A stretch of DNA of 64,000 bases from Klebsormidium nitens (taxonomy: Eukaryota > Plantae > Klebsormidiophyceae). The notes below the pieces were generated by a model. That model made no database searches and was not told where the DNA came from. It saw only the letters and a list, made by a program, of their open reading frames with translations. The stretch spans positions 310,001-374,000 of the forward strand of contig DF236958.1 in the NCBI GenBank assembly GCA_000708835.1, written 5' to 3'. A program made the translations under genes and the position numbers. Every line of letters begins with the position of its first letter. Position 1 is the stretch's first letter. This document shows positions 51,901-64,000 of this stretch, piece after piece.

Positions 51901-53639
51901 GTAACCAAAGAGAGCCGACGCCTGCTTCGCCTGGCCGACCTGAGCGTACGCATTTAGTAGGACGTTGCACGCCCTCTGCAGGACGAAAAGAAGCGTTTTG
52001 AGTAACTTGGGTGAACAAATTCATCCGCATAGAAAGCAGTTTTGCAAGTGCACACACTCATAAGAAGGATCTGCATCAACACGTCAGCTTTTCACAAAGA
52101 GACCTGCCCCAGTACTCCTTCCTCTCTTTTCAAACAACGCCAATGACTGAACGATGGTGAACACGTGAACAACTCTCTGGGGACGAGACTCGTCAAATCG
52201 CTCTTGCTTGTCTTACCGTGTCTACCAGCCCCTCTTCCTGCATGCTCTGGAACATTTCCTCAGCCAGCCGGGGCTGCTTGTTTGTCCCTAAAATGTCCAT
52301 CATGATTGTGTATGTCTTCTGGTCTGGCTGAAGAAACCGATCCTGCAGAGAAGAAAAGACACCAGCTGCTCATGAGCAAAAGCTATGTCAAGGCACAGTG
52401 CGCAGCAAACCCTAATTCTGGATGACTGTTTTCTGGCATGTCTGTTGGTATACAAGCAGCAATCAAAAAGATTAAAATGGCACTGCCTAACTCGTTGCAT
52501 CGCTGAGCAACATGCCGCGACCGCAATAATGCAGAAACTCGCACAGCCCTAATGAAAAGCGAGAAATGCATTGAAGCCATCAAGAGTGGACCGCTTCTTT
52601 GCTGAACAATTCGACTTTGACACCAGCCAAATGCGGGCATCTTAAATGCAGTAGCAGCTGGTGGTGGTGCACACTAGCGGCGCGCAAGGCGGCCCATGAC
52701 CATTACCGGCCTCGATGAAATGGTGGTCGCAAGTCCAGCTGGTACATCAACTCACTCGGCCACTGCCAGCGGGCTTACCTTCAACATCCACTCGAACACC
52801 CGCAGCGCCACCTGCCACTCCGCCCTTGCCCCAAACTTCAGCAGGATGCGGTCCATGTCCCTAACCCCAAGCTTATCCACAAACAACGCCATAACCTCAA
52901 GCCCCTCCTGCCTGATCCTCTCCACCACCGGCCTGATGTCGTAGTCCAATCGGACGTCTGCCTTGCCCCTAAAGTAGGGCTCTTCCTCTGCTGACTCACT
53001 CTCCCCCGCTGCTAAAGACCCCGGTGCGGCGTCCTTCCCTTCTGACTGCACTTCCGCTTCTTCCTCCTCATCTTTGAGATAACCCTCCCTCGCTCTCGAT
53101 TTTGCCGCTTTCTCAGCCAACTTTGACTCCTTACTTTCCAGAAAAACCGCGTCTCTTTCCTCATCGTCCCCTTGAATTGTCGTTCGCTTAGAGCTCTCCT
53201 TGGGTTTCTGTCTGGGTTCTGGCCGCACAATGCTCCGACCAACCCTGCGCTTGACGGGAATGGTTGGCGGGTAGACAACAAAGGCACCATGCTGAGATTC
53301 GACAATATTGCCACCCTGGCCTAGTCTAAGTTTTGCCGGCTTCTCCGGCGCTTCGCTTCCTCTCACCACCGTTGCATTACGGCCCCCTTCCTGAGCCCTC
53401 ACAATCGGCCCACGACGCGATCGACTTTTAGACTTGGGCAGGGAAATGGCTGTCAGGCAAAGCCCGCACAGCTTGCTGAAAGAGGACAACGACGCAGTAC
53501 CTCCCGAGAGCTGTGACGCTGCTCCAGCACTGGCGACATTGGCTTTTGAGCCACTTAAGCTGCCAGGTGACAGAGCCTGTGGCACCAGCTTAGCTACAGA
53601 CATAGTGCCTGGAAAATGGACGCGACAGCTGGAAGCCAT
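45943..53639 (-). CDS. P-type pentatricopeptide repeat protein, probably plastid-targeted
   Basis: First exon 53639-52779 (Ser/Ala-rich transit peptide, ...WQVALRVFEWM); multiple PPR exons (KTYTIMMDILG, IAFNSLLAAYTKQG, LWNAVIHMYGKAG, VTFNTLISHYAR); last exon 46224-45943 (VASFNNLLYAYA...QPR*). Confidence 0.93.
49293..49356. repeat. Perfect 32-bp intronic tandem duplication
   Basis: AGACCGCAAGTTGGCAGTTTAACCTACCAAAA twice in a PPR intron. Confidence 0.9.
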
Positions 53640-54547
53640 TACGCCTTGCTGGCGCTCATGAACGCTGTGCAGCCTCCGTTGCAGCTTCCTGAAACACAGA
53701 ACGTGTGACTCTATGACTACCTAGTATGGGAGCTCGACAACAAGCCAGAGATGCACGGACAAGCACATGGTTTAGGCGAGTACACCGCCAGCACGACGTT
53801 GGACAACTGTGCCGTTGCATCTGAGCCGTCCGAGTCAACCATATCGGGAGTCGACGGTTTGAAACCCACTACTTTCTCCCCCGGCCATACAAACTCAGGC
53901 CAAATCCCCCAGAAAGAGACGACCGGGGAGTCTCTCACGTGGGCTCTCAATGCCGACGCTTAAATCGTCTGGGCCACAGGCCATGCAAAGATGCAGAAGG
54001 CGCTGATGGGAGTGATGCAGGGCTGCGGGCACAGCTGAGGGACTGCTCTTCCAGCTAGCGCAGTGGGGCGCTGGATTTGTCTGCCACACGAGCAGACCCA
54101 GGGCCAAAGCAGGAAAAGTTTCTGATCGCCTGCATAATTCATTGGCAGAAAATACTGTACGGTTGATGCCAATGTCGAATTGCATCTTGAGGGTGTCCTG
54201 GAAACATGAGCAATCTGATCAGCAAATCTAGTCAATCAGCCCTCTTCAGAGCTCATCTGCAAGTAGTAGGCAGTTGTGCAAGTTGGTATGAATCGAAGGC
54301 GAGTTTAAAGGCATCTTCTCTGTTTGCATTCCTCAACAGCCCGCCAACTTGTCTAACTAGTGGAGCTCAACTGATCAGGAAGACAACGACTCATCGACCG
54401 AAACAGTCAGCCCACCGAAATTGCAGAACCCCTCTGTGCTGTAGTTTCAGTGTTGCTGGATCTCTCACCTCCTTCAGCAGCCAGCATTTCTATACGGACC
54501 CAAAGCCAGCATTATCATCACGTGGCGGCACTGGGAGCTGTCAAAAG

Positions 54548-57500
54548 ATGCCCTCTGCAACATCAAACACTCTGCAAGGAGACATAGCGGCTGTGAAAAG
54601 CACAGTGGTTGATGAAATGCAATCGACACACTCGTCCTCGCCCCCTGAGCCTGTGCTAAGTATAAGTCTGATTGGTAATCACACAACAGAGGTCTTGAGT
54701 GTGGACTCCAGCGAGCCTCCTTTGGTGCATCTTGTAATTATCCCTGGCAATCCTGGTAAGTGACGGAGTCAAGTTTCAGCCTGAGAAGTGGTGGTGCCGT
54801 GCGGGGGCTGCGCCCCCAAACCCACTCAAATCAGTGGCGCAGATTGCTTCCTTGCTTTTTTCCAAAGTGGCTTTCTCAAGTCGCGCTTGCATATTGCTGA
54901 TTATTGATTGATCTTCACAATACAAAGTGATTTCAGGACTCCCTATCCCAGACTGGTTCGTTGTTTGCAGTCCTGTTTATTAAAGCTGGTCATATTGTCT
55001 GACCAGCCCTTCAATGTAAAGCTTGCACGTACTTTGGGGGCCAGACTAAGCTTACACCAGAGTTCAACCTGCAGGTATTGTTGCCTACTATGAGGAGTTG
55101 ATTGGCCTAATTTCAGAGGTCGTCAGTAGAAAGTGGAAGATCACATGCATAAGTCATGTTGGTCATACACAGAGAGATTGGGAAAAGGGAAAGCTGTCAT
55201 CACTACAGGCAAGTGATCCAATCAAGGCAACTCATTCTGTAAGTGTTAGATGACTCAGATGATCAACTCATAAGTTGTTGCCAGTCATTCCATAATAGTT
55301 ATATGTGCTGGACCTGATGTCATCCGCTGAAGCAAGGCGCACATTGGCAGCTGGTGACAGGCTCGATAAGGACAGCTTCGGTTTTGAGTTACAGTACTGT
55401 GGAAGGAGTTGCACTTTGGTCCTTGATAAACGTTCCCCACACCCATACAGTCTGGACCTGATTGAATCTCCGTTTTGGTTTGGGACAATGCGATTTTGGG
55501 GCTTCTTGAATCTTCCAACAGAAGTATTTCCCTCAAGAGAAGTCAAAGCGAGGTCCATGGGGCCTCTGCCAAAACTTCAGAAGAATGAGCGCTTGAGAAG
55601 CGCGTCACTTGCAATTCAAAAAAAGGCCCATGACAGGGATGAACCAGGCACCTCCATGATCAGGCATTGGTCAACGCAAGCCTTTCTGACTCCAGGTATG
55701 CCACTCATGTGCAGGACCAGATTGAGCATAAGGCAGCCTACTTGAGGACTCTGGAGGACCAGGGCCTTCCAGTCATTCTTGTGGGGCACTCCATTGGGGC
55801 GCACATTGCGCTAGAGCTCTTGAGACGCTTTCCAAAGCTTGTCACAAAAGTCATCGGGCTCTACCCCTTCCTGTCGGTAAGGCACTGATTTGAACATCTG
55901 CATCTCGTTCTGTTCTTTGGTCATGAAGATCGGACCAACTTCTGATCGATTACAAACATGTCTGCAGATTACTCCCTCTGTTAAACATTTGCAGAATCTG
56001 GAGCTTAATATAGATAGCAGGTAGACGGTTTCTATTGTTGACGGATGTGGAGAAGCGGTTCTTCAACAGTACCAATACACGAAGACCGATGCTCCTCTCG
56101 ACTTGGCTTTTTGAGAGGAAACTGTGGATCTGCGATTCCGCGCTTTGCTTCGTAGCCAGTCCCTCGAAGAATGGAATGGCGTTCAAGATAGCGTCCGAAG
56201 TTTTGGGGATGTTTCTCTGCTCATGCCCCGGCACCTTCGACGAGCTGCGAGCTCTCGCATATTCGTCCCTCCTCTCATCTTAGTTTCTGAAGCAATATCT
56301 TGAAGTACACCGCTTACCTTCTTGCAGCTCAATCTTGATTCATCAGAGCAAAAGATCCTCGGGAGAGCGACGCGCTTCTATCCGGCGAGGCTAGCATTCA
56401 GTACCCTGGCCGGTACTCTGGGCTTCCTCCCAGCCAGTCTGCAAATGGCTTTGCTCCGAAGTACGATTGGGAAGGCCTGGGACCAGCCAGCCATCGACGT
56501 CACTCGCCGGTACATGCTGACCGTGAGCAAGCCACTCGTTTCTCTGACGACAACCATTGGTCCTTAGATGCTTGTTTCAGGGCTGGGGTTGATTAGCAAC
56601 TTGTTGTCCATTTGCTGCCCGAAGTGCCAGGTCGGGGCCTTACCTGCACCCGTGATGCCCAGGGGTTTGCGACCTTGGAACCGAATATGGTACGACAAGT
56701 TTGAGAGAGTCTGCGGGGCTTCGATCGATCTTTTGGAACGAATTCGGGAGCTTAGACGAGACTGTGAAGCTGCCCTTCCTTTGCTAGGTTGGATTTCTGT
56801 TGACTTTTCTTGAGCTTTCTTACTTTTAAAGCAGTCTTATTGCCACGAGTGGATAGTCGTTGTGATAATTGAACTGGTCGCCTGTCTTATGACCTGCCAA
56901 TCTCGCCTCTAGATTTTAAATTTGCAATCGGAACGGGCGAGACTTGGGACGGCTGTATGAAGGTTCTGATGCCTCTTACCGTCCACCGAAGCAGGCCCGA
57001 AGATCTGTCGGGGCCTGACAGATCGTCCCCGACAGACGTCACGGGGATTAAGAACCGGCAAGATTGCCGGGGCAAGGAGTGTCCAAATTTCAGTTCATGT
57101 TTCGAGTGAGACATCTGGTATGAGGAGTTTTTAGACCTAAGATCGACGCTCGTTCGCTTGTTCAGCTACCCTTGCTACTTACTCAATCCGATTGCATCGT
57201 GGACCTGAAGGGCTTGTACACTTTGTCGTGCAGCACCATGTGGCGGCTAACTACGTGTACATGGGTGCTACCGAGTTCGAAACAGTGAGTTGTGCCCCGA
57301 CCGTCTAGTATAACAACTCTCTTCTGTTTGGTGCTTGGTGAAGTCGCCCCCTCTGCCCGGCTTCCCCTTAAGTGGAAAGCGGTGCTCAGTATGCTGCAAG
57401 CGTAGCGTGTACACGATAGGAGGCGTGCTCAGTTCTTTTGCGTTCTCACAACTCCGAACACTTGCCAATGGTGAATTTGACAACTCATTGCGTCATTATC

Positions 57501-58593
57501 TTGCACTGGAGGGGTGCATCCGTTGAACATGTTGATGTGAAAGGAGAAGGACGCCTTGACCAATACAGCACTCTTTTTCGGGTTGCTAGTTTGCAAGGTT
57601 GGAACTCCCTGACTGGGAATTTCTGGACAGTCAGAAGGGAAAGGTTGCCTTACTGTTTGGAGCCGACGATCACTGGGGTCCAATAAGCCTCTCCGACTTG
57701 GTGAGCCGAGCCAATCATCTCAAACATTCTTATCATGCAGTCCAGAACTTTTGGGCCTGAATTCTTTGAGCACTTAAAATCGATCATTGACATTGTAAAA
57801 GGGGCTTCCCTTTTTGAGTTTGCAGTATGCAAGGCAGCCTGCTCCAAGAGCCTGACCGGTTCTTGGGACCCTTCACGGATCTCAGCTCAGCTTAACTTAG
57901 TCTGCCTTTTCCATTGCACCAAACTAGCCTCTTGGAATTGGAGCTGAGGTTTCAAAAGTGCTACGATTTCGATCGATTGCGGCCAAGATTGGCGGGTCGG
58001 TTCTTGAGCATGGTGAAGTAGTTGGAACATGATGCAAAGTCGTGAAGACCCGTTTCAGGATTCAGACGGGGCTTCTAGGCTTGTCGGCTTTTATCCGGTT
58101 TGTCTCAAGCTTATCTCTAAGACAAACGTGCACTATTTTATTGCTTGTTGGTTCGGTACGAGCTACGATTGTCGTTCATGGATTCTTTACGTTGAAAAGT
58201 AGGCTTGCGATTGTCGCGGGCACACGGAAGAATAACGCATAATGACGTAGCATACCGTGTGGACGGACTTTTTGGGCATGGGAATGTTGCCGATTGCACT
58301 AAGTTGTCGTTGCTCCTCGATTTCTGGACAACTTCGGTCATCGGCTTGAGCATCTGCTCATGCAAATGCTCAGCAACCGTGGGCAGCGGACGACTATGAC
58401 CCCCTTGACAAGGTCTGTTCTGTGCTTCCCAATGCAGGCCCGTGAACGGGTTCCGTTGCTACATATAATTGAAGAAAAAGAAGGTTTGTTACATGCGTTC
58501 TGTTGCACTCGTCGAGGTTCGTTATGGGTGGCTAAGGTAATACACTCTATCTGCATTGCTCTTGAGAATCCTGGAGGTCTGAGCGATTTGTAG
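54548..58593 (+). CDS. LDAH: Lipid droplet-associated hydrolase-like alpha/beta hydrolase (DUF2305)
   Basis: Exons 54548-54755, 55075-55208 (GC donor), 55715-55876, 56328-56522, 57234-57284, 57590-57700, 58438-58593; motifs IIPGNPG, SHVGH, LQDQIEHK, VGHSIGA, LFGADDHWGP, HAFCC. Confidence 0.85.
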
Positions 58594-59659
58594 CAAGTAA
58601 TTGTAAATGTTAATTGTTCTTCGTTGTCAAGCGATATCTTTTTAAACCAATGTACACCATCTGTGAGTCAGGTGACGCCATCCAAATGTCAGCCTTCACT
58701 TGCGAATAGAAGTAGATCCAGCAAATGGTGCTCTCTATTTCATCAATCTGGTTTTACGTCAGGGGCAGTAAAATCAGAAACGTGATGATGTGATCAAATC
58801 AGACATAATGATGCGGGATTTTGCTTCAAGGGACTTGCAGTGTGCACATGCGGCAAAGGACTAGCTCGAACTCAAATGCTTGTAGGTATGTTTACTAACG
58901 AGGTTGACTGCAAAAATTGTATGCCGTTATCGCATCTCGGCAATGAGACTCTGATCGTGACCTTGAAACATGGAATTCGAAGTACCATCGAATTCGTGCA
59001 CGTGCCAAGATGCGTATGCAAGGCTGATGGTCTCTTTTGACACGCCGTAGCATGTGCGGCCATTGGCTTCTCATGGCATACAATGTTTATGATTGCTGAT
59101 CCACGCAATGAACGATCTTGAGTCCGTCCATACGTACACTGAGCAGAATTAGACCACTCGAATTTGCAAAATCTAGAAACGTGTTAGCGTACACGCGGTA
59201 CATGTGCTGCCAGGATGTAACTGAAGTGAAGGAATGCAGACAGATGCAGACCGGATTGCAGAGAGCCCTAGTAGACTGCACAGCTTGGATTTGTAAAGAA
59301 TTGTGCCAAGATTGTGATATTTAGTCTGATATCCTGACGCGCGTCGGTTACGATGAAGTCACGAATCTATATGTATATTGAAGGCCGGTTTCCCAAAACT
59401 AGTTTTGGCTGTCACATCATGTGAATCCATATGTGTTACGACAATTTGATCATGTCCTGAGTACAGGTTCATGTGCTCGAGCAGAATACGCTCAACTTAT
59501 TGACTTATGGGGATGCATGATCTTGTCACCCTAGTCCAAGTTGGAAGTGCTGATTTGTAAAGTATTTAAATGAGGAGTCGAGTCCTCAGACAGTCACGTG
59601 CCGCTCACCGGCCGCGACCGCCTGCATGGCGCGGCGCGCACTGGCAGCGCGCACTCGTT

Positions 59660-62000
59660 TCACTTGCGGTACCTACCGTACGGTATCCGTAGCCTAGGTA
59701 CCTAGTAGGTAGGTACCGTTTACGGGAAAGTTGCAATTTCATGCAACGACAATCATTACAATGTTATCCGCTGCGTCTGGAATCTGCATCGTGCAGGTTG
59801 CAACTACGGTACCAAGAAAACGTGCGGGCTTGTATCCGTTGGATTGTACCGTACATGCATGTTTGCTACTGAGCCAAGGTTTCGCGCCGTCGATCGTTCG
59901 CACGCACCGCCAAAAGCGTAGAGTATCGTTTCTCGTAGCAATCATTGAGGCATAGTCACTCGACTGAGGAGTCAGGACTCTGGACTCTGGAGTCTGGAGC
60001 TGGAGTACCTAGGTACGGTACTAGGTAAACTCTGAGCATTGAGCAGTACCAGTATTGATGAGGTAGGTACACTAACGGGTACCAAGGGAGTTCGACGAAA
60101 GCAAGTAAGGTTAGTATGGAGTTAGGGTGCTTTCGGATACGGAGAAGGTCACGTTGTGCATGGGGTTTTACTGTCCGCTAACCACAAATGTTACCGTGGT
60201 ATGGAATTCCACAATCAGGGACGTTCGTTCTCGTACCACGGTAGGCAGTACGTACCTAGGTACCTAGTACCGATATAAATAAAGTTTAATACCTATAAGG
60301 CAATGTGACCTATAAGGTATTGTATTGCGTAAGAGGACTGTACGTTTAATGATTGCGCGGTCGTACCCCGCGCTGCGCGGTGCGTACCCGAGAAGCAACC
60401 GGGCCTGCCCTGGGACATTAGGGTCTCGCAAGCAACCGGGTGACACGCAGGCCCTCCCTCTGACATTAGGGTCTCGATGTCGCAAGCAGCCGGATGACAA
60501 CCGGGCACTTCCCAGTAACATTAGGGTCTGTCGGTCACATTACCCTAGGTTTTTAGTGTTGCCCGGGGCTTTACATGTACAGTAGTCCTCTACGGTTGAA
60601 GAAATTCCTTTTACGGAACGTACCTTATAGTTATTAAACTTTATGGTTATGTGTACCGTGGCGTACCCAGGGCCCAGGTACCCACCTACTACCTAGTACC
60701 TGCCTACCTAGTACCGGTAATCGATTACCTAGCTCCTAATCATTAGGTATCGGACCGAGTCAAGATCCAGATTTCTGTCAAGACTGCAAATACGGTCCCA
60801 GGATCAGATTCAAAGCAGTGACAGGGTGGTCACATTTGAGGTCGCGACGACCCTTGGGACCGGTAGGAAGTACAAACACGGTCCACGATCGACTGCACAG
60901 GGTACCTATACGGTACCTGGAGTGATCGAACGGAGTGATAGCAATTTACGGTACCTGGTTTTGTCGTATCTATGTACTTGCGACTTGCCGACAAAAAGCG
61001 TGCTCATGTGGACGCCACAATGCACATGTGAGATCTGGAGTGTGGTGCACGAACGCCATGTCAGCAAGTTCTGAACCCCTGATCCCCCGTTGATAACGGA
61101 GATCCCAGCTCCTCGACATCAATAATTGCTGAAGCCAGGGGTGCCACCCAAGGCTGGCGTAAAAGCCGCCCCTAAACGACAAACCTGCGGGGATTGGACA
61201 AACGTGGGGGTTGCTTCAACTTCTTGAGCGGTTTGAAACTGCGGGATAGGTACCGTAGCCAGCAATCTGCCTGGCGGCGCCAGCCTTGTTCAACCTCCGC
61301 GTTATCGCTAACCTTCAGGCGTTTTTGTCCCGGACTTCGACGCCGGAACAAGTAATTTACACAGAACGCCTTCGGAATTGAGAAGTTGGACACTATTAAA
61401 CAGCATAGAATATGCTCATTGAAAATCTTACTGGAAACAGGAAAGAGCATATTCGATCGCTCTGACAGTGGCAACTGACACCACGACAAAATCCTGCCGG
61501 TGATGAGCGAATCGTTCAGAGCTTAATTCGGGCAAACTTACCTAGGTACGTCACAGCATGCAGGTGAACATTTTGTCCTATCAGTCGTGTGCTATAAGTA
61601 GGCTGCCATACGCGTCCCCCAGGCCCACGGTACTGAACGCGCGTACTTTATCGAATTACTCTTTTTGCCAGAAGGTACAGTACGTAGGTACTTTGTACTA
61701 CAGTGAGTAGTACCGTACCGGTACCATTTGCCACTACCGTAGGTGCCTCCACCTGTAATTGATGTGGGCTGACGGGGCCTGACATGAGTTCAGGAATCAG
61801 CACGACACTCTCACCACTGACACCAGCCTCGATCTTGGTGCTCAGACTCATTGGCACTGGGCAGGCGAGTTCTGTGCATCCAGTCACCAGATCCAGTTCG
61901 CCTGTCCGAGCAAAGCGACTCGCGAGTGTTCTCCGCTGCCGGTGGTTTTGATCAGTGCCCTGTGCAGTGACGGCCTACATTCCTACCTACTCGGTACAGG
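59660..62000. repeat. Intergenic GTAC/CCTAGG/TpA-rich palindromic low-complexity island
   Basis: About 45 GTAC tetramers by manual count in ~2.3 kb, in runs such as GTACGTACCTAGGTACCTAGTACC (60248) and GTAGTACCGTACCGGTACC (61707). Confidence 0.75.
60391..60530. repeat. Degenerate minisatellite, ~50-bp unit, three copies
   Basis: ACATTAGGGTCT at 60415, 60463 and 60518, interleaved with GCAAGCA(A/G)CCGG. Confidence 0.7.
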
Positions 62001-62345
62001 AGAAGATCGATCGTGCTGATCCGGGCGGCCACATTTGTTTGAATCCTTCGTGAGGAAGACTAGGTAGTTCCACCGCGTTTGGCAGTGGCCTGGCTTTGAC
62101 CACAAGGACTGGAGGTGGTGTCCCTTGCATTACTCCAGGAAGTTTGGTGGCCGTGTCCGCGAGGGACCTTACTTGCTGGATTGAGTGCAGAGACGCTGGC
62201 TTGGACGGCGGCAGCGGTTGCCGCAAAGTGGGCTCGCAGTGGAAGTGGAAGAGGTTTAATCTTTAGTGTGAACTCTGTTGCAACGCCTTTGGGCGATCAG
62301 GGAAGCCTGCAGCTGGCCACATTGTCGGGGCTTGCATCAGGAACA

Positions 62346-64000
62346 ATGTTCAGGCGACTGAGCGCAAGGATCAGATCGGGTAGCTCGGCTGGGAAGCGGG
62401 CTGGCAGTAGGGTAGAGCCTGCTGCACAGGGGGATCAAAGCCTGAAATGGCTGAAGGCAATCCATAATGCTCAGCAGGTGCGCCATTAGTGAACAGTCTG
62501 CTCACCAAGTTGCACATTTCTCTTGCCTTTGTCGTTTCAATATGTGCCGTTAACTTCCAGAAAGAATTACCTTCGCAATTCAACAGGATATATGTAACTT
62601 TGTGTGAACATTCTTTGATCAAGTCTCGTGTCCTGTTTGTGGCCAAAAAAATCAGATGCTTCTTTGAAGCTGTATTTGAGCGAAGGTTAAATTGAAGGTG
62701 CCTTGGAGCTTGGTGTCACCAAACTGAGTGCTGATGCCGCTGATGTCGAATTTGCAGGGACCTGGCTTGCGCACATCAGCAGAAACACCAGAATCAGCAT
62801 TTGAAGCAGGGCCCTCCCTGTCTCCATCACCCTCTGAATCAGATTTCCTGTGCACTAGCACAGAGGATGGCTCTGAGGACCCTTTCTTCTCCCCGAACAG
62901 CTCGCCATTTCCATTCCAATCTGATCTCAACCTCCCATATGATAGATACTCACCTCCTGAGTCACCATTACTATCGCCAAGCTCCGAAGCTGCCTCCTCC
63001 TCACCATCCGACCATGATGCCTTCCCTTCCGAATCAGAGCCTTCTACCCCGGACTCGTGCTCAGTGTCTGGTTTTGAGCCAGAGCTGGAAGTTTTGTCCC
63101 CAGGATTTGACACAGGAGTGGAAGATCTGAATGTGTTCCTGCGGGAGAGCAGATACAGGTGAGTTGGTCGCACCAGCACTGAGTATCTTTTTGCTGTGGT
63201 TTGGTCTTACAAGTGGGAACTCTGATTGTATCTTAGCATGTGAGAACATTGTATATTAGTATGTCATTGTGAGAACATGTCAGCAGGGAACCCATTTGTT
63301 TCTAGGACGGTTCAATTATTTCTGCCAAGAATAAGTTGATCAGCACTTCGCATTTCCATCGGATTCCAAAGCCTAGAGTCAGGGATGAGCACTAGTACAC
63401 ATTCAGGAACAAATCAAGGACTCTTATCTGGCAAAATTTGCTCCTGAGCGCTGATCCTTTTATCAATGTGTGCAGGTTTGAGGATCGTGCCAACAACACT
63501 CCCATCACGGTTGTACTGGGCAATGAAGCGGCAGACTTGGATTCGATGGTCTCTGCGATTGCTTACGCACGTTTGTTGGAGGCCACCAGGAGTCCTTCCT
63601 CAGCTGTGGTAGTGCCCCTGCTAAACATACCAAGGAGAGACCTGCCCCTGAGAACAGAAGCAGCATACCTTTTCAGGTATGAAGATCCTAGGAGAGGAAG
63701 AAACGAAGCATGGGCTCACAGCCTGGACAAACTTCAGTGAAGCGTGTCTGCTTGCATCTGGCTGCAACCAAGAGGGGCCTTGGCAGCGATCCCTTGGCAA
63801 GCATATTCCTCTGCAAGCACATTCCTCATCAATTCTTGCAATTAGGATGGAAGGCAGATCCTTCTGTTTGCTGGCTTGCTTATATTTCTTTGGCCAATTC
63901 TCTTGCAGCACAATGGGACTGGATCTGGACGCCCTTCTTTTTGTGGACGAAGTGGACCTTGACGCGCTTTCTTCAAGCGGAAGATTGCGGCTGGTCTTGG
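62346..64000 (+). CDS. PRUNE: PRUNE/PPX1-type DHH-family exopolyphosphatase, 5' part (runs off the window)
   Basis: Exons 62346-62477, 62758-63158, 63476-63676, 63909-end; LNVFLRESR, VVLGNEAADLDSMVSAI, VPLLNIPRRDLPLRTE, LLFVDEVDL...LRLVLV (immediately before the expected DHN). Start codon tentative. Confidence 0.85.

Noticed and set aside
58780-59108. Integrase-like words RCDNGIQF ... HTASPLKQN on the minus strand
   Set aside because: Spacing differs from the retroelement D,D(35)E core, an in-frame stop intervenes, and no other pol motifs or LTRs were seen; too weak to call.
1-64000. tRNA/rRNA genes
   Set aside because: GTTCGA-type words fall in coding or unstructured sequence; no cloverleaf or rRNA-conserved block was recognised by eye (tRNAscan-SE/Infernal would be decisive).

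Overview
Eukaryotic, intron-rich, gene-dense nuclear DNA (GT-AG introns mostly 0.1-1.1 kb, GC-rich exons). The plant-type plastid gene content is consistent with a green/streptophyte alga such as Klebsormidium (inference, not verified). Manual splicing supports, in order: the 3' end of a conserved helical protein; an atypical RWP-RK-like transcription factor; an orphan multi-exon gene; a head-to-head pair of divergent light-harvesting (LHC) paralogs, one His-type and one Asn-type at the Chl a603 ligand; an HtrA/Deg protease with a long membrane-anchored N-terminus; a hypothetical ORF; a ceQORH-like oxidoreductase head-to-head with a DJ-1D glyoxalase III across a heat-shock element; a P-type PPR gene head-to-head with an LDAH-like hydrolase; a GTAC/TpA-rich palindromic island; and the 5' part of a PRUNE/PPX1 exopolyphosphatase. 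No rRNA, tRNA or CRISPR array was recognised. All family assignments are from motif recognition by eye; no searches were run.
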